DNA of 32,000 bases from Aminipila butyrica. GTDB lineage: Bacteria; Bacillota; Clostridia; Peptostreptococcales; Anaerovoracaceae. Made by a program: the position numbers and the translations under genes. The stretch is taken from positions 896,650 through 928,649 of the forward strand of contig NZ_CP048649.1 in NCBI RefSeq assembly GCF_010669305.1, read 5' to 3'. This document shows, piece by piece, positions 1 through 6,745 of this stretch (within the stretch, counting starts at the first letter, position 1; the number at the start of each line of letters is the position of its first letter). The notes under the pieces are model-generated. The model did no database searches. It had not been told where the DNA came from and saw only the letters and a program-made list of their open reading frames with translations.

Positions 1-1
1 A

Positions 2-280
2 AACTATAAGACACTTACAGAAGAAGAGCTCAAAGAAGGGCTCTTTTATAAATTCAATGAGAAAGTTATCCTGCGCACCGACAGCCAAACTCAAATAGAG
101 ATGTTGTCGAGAGCTGTGAATAATGGAATCTATACACCGAATGAAGCCAGGGAATACCTGGACAAGCCAAGAGAGAAGGGGGGAGATGGGCTTTTTATGA
201 ACGGAAACTATATTCCAATTGAGATGGTTGGAAAGCAATATGACAAGGAGGGAGGTGCAGCTGATGCCGGAGAAGAATAA
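2..280 (+). CDS. Portal protein, C-terminal fragment (5' end off-window)
   Basis: Frame 2 is open from the window edge to TAA 278-280. The translated tail ...GIYTPNEAREYLDKPREKGGDGLFMNGNYIPIE... resembles HK97-family portal C-termini. It lies directly upstream of the prohead protease and capsid genes. Confidence 0.65.
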   Translation, partial: NYKTLTEEELKEGLFYKFNEKVILRTDSQTQIEMLSRAVNNGIYTPNEAREYLDKPREKGGDGLFMNGNYIPIEMVGKQYDKEGGAADAGEE

Positions 281-1028
281 AAAATATTGGGAGTTTAAAG
301 CGAAAGTCCAAGATGAGGCAGATTTATACCTGTACATAGAAATTGCATCATGGGGCGCAGGCTATGCCGCTCATTCTGCGCAAAGCTTTAAGCGCGAGCT
401 GGATGCTCTAGGAGAAATCAAGACCCTTAACGTCTATATCAATTCCCCGGGTGGTGATGTGTTTGAGGGCAATGCCATCTACAACATCCTAAGCCGGAAG
501 GCGAAGAAATGTGCTGTAAACGTCTATGTAGATGGGCTGGCTGCTAGTATCGCATCGGTCATCGCCATGGCAGGGACCAAGATTATTATGCCAAACAACG
601 CTATGATGATGATACACAACGCTTGGTGTGTCACCTGGGGCAATTCCGGGGAGCTTCGCGAAGCAGCAGAGATGCTGGACAAGGTGAATTTGACAATCCG
701 GCAGGCCTATTTAAACAAGGCAGGAGATGTCTTAGAGCAAGATGCTTTGATAACGCTTATGGATGAGGAATCGTGGCTAACGGCGCAAGAATGTCTTGAT
801 TATGGGCTATGCGATGAGGTGATTGGCGAGAAGCAAGTTGCAGCTAAGTTTGACCCAGCTCTACTGAAAAACTTCAAAAATGCGCCAACTGAATTTTTCA
901 CCCTTCGACCGGATGGCGCAAGAGAAGATCCCGAGGACAAGAGGCATGAGCCGGCGGAAAAACCGGCCGCACAGCTAGATCATGCAGCCGAGAAAGAACG
1001 ACTTTTACTGGAAATTGATTTTACTTAG
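264..1028 (+). CDS. ClpP-family (S14) prohead maturation protease
   Basis: Motifs YINSPGGDVFEG, ASIASVIAMAG and MMMIHNAW are typical of ClpP-like phage proteases. I moved the start from 219 to ATG 264, which follows AAGGAGGGAGG. Position between portal and capsid. Confidence 0.85.
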   Translation: MPEKNKKYWEFKAKVQDEADLYLYIEIASWGAGYAAHSAQSFKRELDALGEIKTLNVYINSPGGDVFEGNAIYNILSRKAKKCAVNVYVDGLAASIASVIAMAGTKIIMPNNAMMMIHNAWCVTWGNSGELREAAEMLDKVNLTIRQAYLNKAGDVLEQDALITLMDEESWLTAQECLDYGLCDEVIGEKQVAAKFDPALLKNFKNAPTEFFTLRPDGAREDPEDKRHEPAEKPAAQLDHAAEKERLLLEIDFT

Positions 1029-1046
1029 AGAAAGGAAAATAAGAAA

Positions 1047-2234
1047 ATGAATGAAAAATTATTAAAAATGCTTAATTCTATTAATGCAAAGAAAGCAGAA
1101 GCCAAACAGCTTTTAGAGGATGACAAGGTAGACGAGGCAAAGATAGCTAAGGCGGAGCTAGAAAGGATGCAAGCCGCTTTTGACATTGCCAAGGATCTTT
1201 ACGACGAAGAACAGGAAGAAGCTGAGGAGGACATTGCAACCGGCAAGGCGAAAGAAGTCACTGATAAGAAGGACGGCATCCTAGGGGCTTTTGTTAATGT
1301 AGTTAAGGCCGGCATATTGAAGCGGCCCGCGAGCGAAAAGGACCTTGAAATCTTAAATCTGATGACTGAAAAAGATCCAAACGGGCAAGGCGTGTCTGAT
1401 GGTGGCGTAACCGTTCCGGAGGACCTACGCACGCAGATTAAAGAGCTGAGAAGAACAGAAGATGCTCTTGAGTTGCTTGTTAATACAGAGCCCGTTTCTA
1501 CGTTAAGCGGCAGCCGGGTAATTGAAGCCAACGCGGACCAGGTACCCTTTGACAACGTAGAGGAAGCTGCCCAGTTTCCGGATGTTGATACGCCGCAGTT
1601 TATCACGATTGACTACAAGGTCAAGAAAAAGGGAGGCATCTTAAAAGTCACCAGAGAACTCTTACAGGATACCGCGGAGAATATCATCGGGTACCTGAGA
1701 AAGTGGATTGCCAAGAAGGCAAAGGTCACCAGGAATTTCTTAATCCTTGCACAGCTGGAGGAAAGCTTTGGAGGAGCAAATACGCATGCCGTAAGTGGTT
1801 TTGATGACCTTAAGGACATCTTTAACACAATGCTCGATCCAGCCATCGCTCTGGGCGCTAAGGTGCTGACCAACCAAGACGGTTTCAACTGGCTTGACAA
1901 GCTAAAGGACCAGGATAAAAAGTACATCTTGCAGCCTAACCCGGTAAATGCAACGCAGCGCCTGCTGTTTGGCGTGTACCCGGTGATTGTTGCCTCCAAC
2001 AAGGTACTGAAATCCACTGTTGAGGGAACAGATAAAAAGATTCCGCTGTACTGTGGCGATTTCAAAGAAGCAATTACAATCTTTGACCGGGAGACCCTGT
2101 CGATTGAGTTCTCTACGGAGGCGGGTGACTTATGGAGTAAGGACCTTACTGGTGCAAAGGTTCGGGAGCGACTGGACATTAAGACGATTGATGAAGAAGC
2201 TGTTGTTAAGGGAGAAGTGACGGTAACTGTGTAA
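1047..2234 (+). CDS. Major capsid protein (HK97-like, with N-terminal coiled-coil/acidic delta-like region)
   Basis: 395 aa. A charged helical N-terminus (KAEAKQLLEDDKVDEAKIAKAELERMQ...) precedes a capsid-like body. Follows the protease. RBS GAAAGGAAAA upstream. Confidence 0.85.
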   Translation: MNEKLLKMLNSINAKKAEAKQLLEDDKVDEAKIAKAELERMQAAFDIAKDLYDEEQEEAEEDIATGKAKEVTDKKDGILGAFVNVVKAGILKRPASEKDLEILNLMTEKDPNGQGVSDGGVTVPEDLRTQIKELRRTEDALELLVNTEPVSTLSGSRVIEANADQVPFDNVEEAAQFPDVDTPQFITIDYKVKKKGGILKVTRELLQDTAENIIGYLRKWIAKKAKVTRNFLILAQLEESFGGANTHAVSGFDDLKDIFNTMLDPAIALGAKVLTNQDGFNWLDKLKDQDKKYILQPNPVNATQRLLFGVYPVIVASNKVLKSTVEGTDKKIPLYCGDFKEAITIFDRETLSIEFSTEAGDLWSKDLTGAKVRERLDIKTIDEEAVVKGEVTVTV

Positions 2235-2235
2235 G

Positions 2236-2256
2236 GGGGCTTCGGCCCTCTTCTTT
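2236..2256 (+). terminator. Small GC hairpin with TTCG loop after the capsid gene (attenuator or mRNA stabiliser)
   Basis: GGGGC-TTCG-GCCC followed by TCTTCTTT immediately after the capsid stop. Confidence 0.4.
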
Positions 2257-2271
2257 AGAGAGGAGGCCCAA

Positions 2272-2562
2272 ATGAGCGCTGAAACAGCCATGCTTGAGGA
2301 AGTAAAAGATTATCTGCGCGTGGATGGATCTGATGATGATTCTCAGGTCAAGGGTCTTATTTCAGCCGCAGACATTTACCTGGAGAATGCCGGAGCAGTG
2401 AAAGACTATGATAACAATCTATATAAGCTTGCTGTCAAGATTCTGGTGACACACTGGTATGAGAATCGGCTGCCGGTTGGAGAGGTAACGGAAGAAATGG
2501 CCTTTTCGCTTCGCCACATCTTGCTGCAATTGAAATATTGTTACGGTGGTGATGAAACATGA
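2272..2562 (+). CDS. Head-tail connector protein (gp6-like)
   Basis: 96 aa. The motif VKDYLRVDGSDDD...LI.AA..YLE is typical of phage gp6-like head-tail connectors. First gene after the capsid. Confidence 0.7.
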   Translation: MSAETAMLEEVKDYLRVDGSDDDSQVKGLISAADIYLENAGAVKDYDNNLYKLAVKILVTHWYENRLPVGEVTEEMAFSLRHILLQLKYCYGGDET

Positions 2563-2888
2563 ATCCAGGAAAATACAGAAATAAGATTACATTTCTGAAA
2601 AGAGAGCATGGTCAAGATGATTACGGAGAGCAGGTAGACGAATGGACAGCCTTTAAGACCGTCTGGGCAGCTAAGGACCCACTACTTGGAAATGAGTTTT
2701 TTAAGGCCGTGGCCACGGAAGCGAAAGTGGAGGTGAAATTCAACTCTCGGTACATTACAGGAATCACGGGTGATATGCGAATCCAGCACGATAATGAAAT
2801 TTACGAGATTCTTTCAGCCATCGACGTTAAATCTCTCCATAAAGAACTTTTGTGTTATTGCAGGAGGATACCAGATGGTGAAGGTTAA
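2559..2888 (+). CDS. Head closure / head-tail adaptor protein (SPP1 gp16-like)
   Basis: 109 aa. ATGA overlap with the upstream gene. The pattern ...FKTVWAAKDPLLGNEFF...EIYEILSAIDV... is typical of this family. Confidence 0.65.
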   Translation: MNPGKYRNKITFLKREHGQDDYGEQVDEWTAFKTVWAAKDPLLGNEFFKAVATEAKVEVKFNSRYITGITGDMRIQHDNEIYEILSAIDVKSLHKELLCYCRRIPDGEG

Positions 2889-3339
2889 GTTTAAGATTGA
2901 GGGCATGAAGGAGCTGCAAAAGAGTTTGAAAAAGCTTGGTGAAGTTCCTCAGAAGCATGTCACTTCATCGGCCCGTAAAGGTATGAATATTATTTTGAAG
3001 GGAGCTAGATCAAATGCCCCTGTCGATACCGGTGACCTGAAGCGGGGGATGAAGCTTTTCGGTGAAAAGTCACGCTTTAAGGGTAAGAAGGTATACCGCA
3101 TCATATTTGATCCTACCATGAACGACATCTTTCAAAAGAAGAATGCGGAGGGCGAAATCACCGGTTACTACCCTATTTCCCAGGAATATGGTTTTTTTTC
3201 CCGAAATGGCAGATATATTCCCGGATATAGGTTTATCCACGATAGCATGGCTGGTAATGCGAAACAAATGGAAAGAATTGTTGTGGACACCATGAAAACA
3301 AAGATTGATCAGGAGATCGGAAAGGCGGGACTGAAATAA
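2875..3339 (+). CDS. HK97 gp10-family tail-joining protein
   Basis: Start moved to ATG 2875 after CAGGAGGA. The N-terminus MVKVKFKIEGMKELQKSLKKLGE... and the PVDTGDLKR motif match the HK97 gp10 family. Confidence 0.65.
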   Translation: MVKVKFKIEGMKELQKSLKKLGEVPQKHVTSSARKGMNIILKGARSNAPVDTGDLKRGMKLFGEKSRFKGKKVYRIIFDPTMNDIFQKKNAEGEITGYYPISQEYGFFSRNGRYIPGYRFIHDSMAGNAKQMERIVVDTMKTKIDQEIGKAGLK

Positions 3340-3480
3340 ATGGATGAGAGGGAAAGGCTCCAACAGGAGTTTGTTGAGAAAATACAAGAAATTATTGACG
3401 GACTTGAAAAGCAGAAGCTTCCGCTGCGCGCAAAACTCCTTCTGTGGATGCTAAAGCGAAAAGTAAAGCGGGTGAAATAA
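3340..3480 (+). CDS. Small basic ORF (46 aa), translationally coupled on both sides
   Basis: ATG 3340 overlaps the upstream TAA (TAAATG). Its own TAA 3478-3480 overlaps the next ATG (ATAATG). It is below the ORF-track size cut-off and I recognised no homology. Confidence 0.3.
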   Translation: MDERERLQQEFVEKIQEIIDGLEKQKLPLRAKLLLWMLKRKVKRVK

Positions 3481-3857
3481 TGGAAAAAGAGCTAAGGTAT
3501 GAACTGGAAAAAGCAATCCCGGAGCTGGCCGGAAACATTTATCCAACTAATGCTCCGGAGGCGTCAAAACGTCCCTATATCGTCTATACCAGAGTCACAA
3601 CGCAACGCACAAAGACGCTGGAGGGCTATACCAGCAAACAGGCGTTATCGTACATGTTTAGCATCATGGCGACAAAATATGCCGATATGAAAGCTCTGGC
3701 TGAGCAGGTGGAGGCCTTTCTAATCGCCCTGCCTGGCAAGGATATTGGGAAGGATGAGATTCATGTCGAGGACGTAAAAATTAATAACATAAGTGAAACC
3801 TATGAATTTGAGCTGAAAGTAAATCGTGGAATCCTTGATTTCACAATCTATTTTTAG
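3480..3857 (+). CDS. Tail completion / tail terminator-like protein (DUF3168-like)
   Basis: I prefer the start at ATG 3480 (MEKELRYELEKAIPELAGNIYPTNAPE..KRPYIVYTRV), an N-terminal pattern typical of siphovirus tail-completion proteins. Lies just before the major tail gene. Confidence 0.55.
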   Translation: MEKELRYELEKAIPELAGNIYPTNAPEASKRPYIVYTRVTTQRTKTLEGYTSKQALSYMFSIMATKYADMKALAEQVEAFLIALPGKDIGKDEIHVEDVKINNISETYEFELKVNRGILDFTIYF

Positions 3858-3875
3858 CAGAAAGGAAAATATAAA

Positions 3876-4313
3876 ATGAGTGATGATGTACGCAGAGCGC
3901 TAGGAACCAAGCTGAAAATAGGCAAAACCACTCCTGTGGCGGTGGCGGGGCTGTCCTCTATCGGGGGGCTGGAGCTGTCAGCCGACACAATAGATACAAC
4001 TACGCTGGATAGTGATGGAGGATACCGAACTTTTATTGCTGGATTTAAGGATGCAGGAGAGGTATCTTTGGAAGGCTTCCTGATCCCGGCCACGGGAAAG
4101 GGACAAAAGGAATTGTACGACCTGTTTGAGAGCGGGGAGGTAGACGATTTCGTGATTGAGTTTCCTCCTGAAACAGGTACGAAATGGGAATTTAAGGGTG
4201 TTGTAACAGGGTTCTCTACGAGTGCAGATCTGGAGGATCCTCTGGCCTTTTCTGCAACGATTAAAGTCAGTGGCAAGCCAACCCTGACGGTGGGAACAGG
4301 AGGTAGCGGATAA
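3876..4313 (+). CDS. Major tail protein (phi13-like)
   Basis: 145 aa. GTKLKIG....VAGLSSIGGLELSADTIDTTTLDSDGGYRTFIAGFKDAGEVSLEG is a typical major tail signature. RBS GAAAGGAAAA. Followed by the chaperone pair. Confidence 0.75.
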   Translation: MSDDVRRALGTKLKIGKTTPVAVAGLSSIGGLELSADTIDTTTLDSDGGYRTFIAGFKDAGEVSLEGFLIPATGKGQKELYDLFESGEVDDFVIEFPPETGTKWEFKGVVTGFSTSADLEDPLAFSATIKVSGKPTLTVGTGGSG

Positions 4314-4615
4314 TGGGATATACACCGATTGAATTGGACAAGGTCCGAAATTTCAGATATGGTATGAAAGCCATATCACTAATAGAAAAAAAGTTGAAAG
4401 CACCCATCGCCAAAATTGATATGGACAGTTTGACTATGGAAGAATCGGCAACCTTGGTTTGGGCTGGACTTGCCCATGAGGATAAAAACCTCACACCAGA
4501 TAAGGTGATGGATCTTATTGATGATTATTCAACCCTGACTGAAGTTATGAAGGCTATGGAGACGGCAATGGAGGAGGCTTTCGGTGTTGCGGAAGAACCG
4601 GGAAAAAACGAGTAG
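4313..4615 (+). CDS. Tail assembly chaperone, short form (G-like)
   Basis: 100-aa acidic protein between the major tail and tape measure genes. Ends just after a slippery run. Confidence 0.7.
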   Translation: MGYTPIELDKVRNFRYGMKAISLIEKKLKAPIAKIDMDSLTMEESATLVWAGLAHEDKNLTPDKVMDLIDDYSTLTEVMKAMETAMEEAFGVAEEPGKNE

Positions 4616-4935
4616 AGGGCGGCGGGGAAGAGTTCAGCGTGGCCGGAGCGCTGGAGCTTGCCGCCCATATCGGAATCCCAGTAACGGAGTTTTGGGAGAT
4701 TACGCCCTTTGAACTTTCTATAGTGGCGAAAGGCTATGCAAAACGAAAAGCAGAAGAGCAGAAAGAAAGCATTGCTCAAGCATATCTGATCTCTCGGTGG
4801 GTATGGCAGAAGAAGATTAATATTAAGAAGATATTTGCTTCCGATGAGAAAAAAAAGCCAATGACAGATGATCAGATGCTGGAACGCGTGAAAGCGCTTA
4901 ATACTGTTTTCGGGGGAATAGTTGAGGAAAAATAA
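4313..4935 (+). CDS. Tail assembly chaperone, long form (GT-like) via -1 frameshift at about 4600-4609
   Basis: The downstream ORF (track 4639..4935) is in the -1 frame relative to 4313..4615. It has no convincing RBS and stays open upstream through the slippery site. This is the classical G/GT arrangement. Confidence 0.55.
4600..4609 (+). promoter_or_regulatory. -1 programmed ribosomal frameshift site (overlapping heptamers G_GGA_AAA and A_AAA_AAC)
   Basis: The zero-frame reads CCG GGA AAA AAC GAG TAG. The -1 frame has no stop across the slippery site (checked 4597-4639) and continues through ORF 4639-4935. Confidence 0.6.
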
Positions 4936-4992
4936 ACATTGCACTCTAATGCTGGAATATGTTACCATATAAAGTACTTGGAGGTGTGTATT

Positions 4993-5832
4993 ATGAAGAA
5001 AATTTTATGTCTAGTGTCTGTTTTAATTATGGTATTTACACTTATATCTTGCGCTCAAGGAGAGGATGCAGGTTCTAAGCAAAAAAAGCAGGCAGATAGC
5101 AGAACGTTAGCTGAGATGGTCTCAGTTTTTCAAGAAAAAGGGATTGATGGAGAAGTAGAGGAGCCATTATTTCAGTTAGTGGGGGCAAAGGCAGGGGCCA
5201 TATTTTATATGGAAAATTCAGTTGTGAAGATTTATGAATTTGAAAGTGAAAAAGACTATCAAAAACAAAAAGCTGAATATACAATCCTGGAGGACATGCC
5301 TGTTAATGGTAAATTTGCTTTAGAGACCAACAGTGAGAAAGCTGAAGAATTGTTTTCTTCTATTGACCTGGAATTAAAAATACTCGCTGAATTAAAGAAT
5401 AGAGAGATTCCGACGGTAAGTATAGGAGAGGTGATTTCAGACGATAGGGCAGAGGTGACTATAAATAAAATAGAGTTTTCCTATGATGTTCTCCCAGATA
5501 ACACGAATTCATTCTATACGCATTATCCAGCAGAATCCGGAAAAGTATATATTCATGTAGATACAGATGTTAAAAACATTCAGAAGCAAGAGCTTAATTG
5601 TGACGAAGTCATGTCGGTAAAAATAGATTATGATAATGGCTATAAATACACAGCTTTTTCAGTACCAGAAGATTCTAGTACTGGATTTGGTTATTCTACT
5701 AGCATAGCACCTCTTACTTCCCTTGGTGTGCATTTTATGGCGGAGTGCCCTCAAGAGGTGGAGGAATCTCAAAAACCAGTAAAAGTCATTTTCCTTCTAG
5801 GCAATGATGAATATGAATATGTGATCAGATAG
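4993..5832 (+). CDS. Lipoprotein (cargo gene); C-terminal half resembles an Ig-like DUF4352-type domain
   Basis: ATG 4993 follows GGAGGTG. The signal peptide MKKILCLVSVLIMVFTLISC carries a lipobox (LISC). The region has lower GC than its flanks by eye. Confidence 0.7.
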   Translation: MKKILCLVSVLIMVFTLISCAQGEDAGSKQKKQADSRTLAEMVSVFQEKGIDGEVEEPLFQLVGAKAGAIFYMENSVVKIYEFESEKDYQKQKAEYTILEDMPVNGKFALETNSEKAEELFSSIDLELKILAELKNREIPTVSIGEVISDDRAEVTINKIEFSYDVLPDNTNSFYTHYPAESGKVYIHVDTDVKNIQKQELNCDEVMSVKIDYDNGYKYTAFSVPEDSSTGFGYSTSIAPLTSLGVHFMAECPQEVEESQKPVKVIFLLGNDEYEYVIR

Positions 5833-5932
5833 AAGATTTGGCTATAAAGTACTCTGAACAAGAAAATATATGACGGTATGTTGTATAATAGTGGAAAAGG
5901 TGTTGTTATTTTTAGTGAGGTGGTGTACTATT

Positions 5933-6682
5933 ATGGGAATTTTCTTGGTAGAAAAATGCAGTTTGTGTGGGAATACGGATCAAGGCGCAGATATTGCAGA
6001 TGGTTACCTATGTCGGAGTTGTCTGAAAAGGTGCGGGCCTTTTCTACCTCATCTGGCACTAAAAACAAAAAATTTAAAACAAGCGGAAAAAGCGATGAAT
6101 CTTAATGAAATAAATAAAAGCCGACTTTCGGAGTTTTCGGCAACAAAAGTAATTGGGCAATGCGCAGAATTTGATGAAAATAATCGATACTGGATGGGAT
6201 TAAGGAACGGACCTACGAAGTCATGGCTAGATCCTATAGTATATAAATTTGATGATATTGTTAATTTTGAATTGCTTGAAGATGGTGAGAGCGTTACAAA
6301 AGGCGGTTTGGGCATGGCAGCTATTGGAGGTCTTGTATATGGGGGCGTCGGAGCTATAGTTGGGAGTGTTGTTGGCAAAAAGAAGACGAAATCGTCCGTT
6401 AACAGTTTGAAAATTAAAATTACCGTGAGAAACAATGACGACCCAGCTGCTTATATTGATATTTTTAACAAGAAGTTGATGGCAGACTCTTCTCTATATA
6501 GACAATATTTTAGCGAAGCGCAAGAAATTTTATCAATGCTATCAATTATAACGGAATCAAATAAACCTTGTGAACCAAAAACATCTGTTGCTGATGAATT
6601 GTTAAAATTTAAGGAATTACTTGACGCAGGCATATTGACACAAGACGAATTTAATCGTGAAAAAGAAAAACTTTTAAAATAA
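5933..6682 (+). CDS. Zn-ribbon / glycine-zipper membrane segment / C-terminal SHOCT-like protein (cargo gene)
   Basis: ATG 5933 follows GTGAGGTGG. Features: CSLCG...CRSC zinc-ribbon-like pairs; a Gly-zipper GGLGMAAIGGLVYGGVGAIVGSVVG; a C-terminus ADELLKFKELLDAGILTQDEFNREKEKLL typical of SHOCT domains. Confidence 0.65.
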   Translation: MGIFLVEKCSLCGNTDQGADIADGYLCRSCLKRCGPFLPHLALKTKNLKQAEKAMNLNEINKSRLSEFSATKVIGQCAEFDENNRYWMGLRNGPTKSWLDPIVYKFDDIVNFELLEDGESVTKGGLGMAAIGGLVYGGVGAIVGSVVGKKKTKSSVNSLKIKITVRNNDDPAAYIDIFNKKLMADSSLYRQYFSEAQEILSMLSIITESNKPCEPKTSVADELLKFKELLDAGILTQDEFNREKEKLLK

Positions 6683-6690
6683 GATTTATT

Positions 6691-6720
6691 AAAAAGCACT
6701 CTTCTAGGGGTGCTTTTTCT
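6691..6720 (+). terminator. Intrinsic terminator immediately upstream of the tape measure gene
   Basis: AGCACTC (6695-6701) pairs with GGGGTGCT (to 6714). The loop is TTCTAG and a TTTTT run follows. Confidence 0.55.
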
Positions 6721-6745
6721 ATTGCCTGAAAGGAGGTGAAAACAG

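Noticed and set aside
1199-2179. Minus-strand ORFs 1199..1606 and 1613..2179 (135 and 188 aa), plus the + strand ORF 2020..2220, inside the capsid gene
   Set aside because: They lie entirely within a well-supported capsid CDS. They have Ser/Arg-rich low-complexity translations and no RBS. These are typical shadow ORFs.
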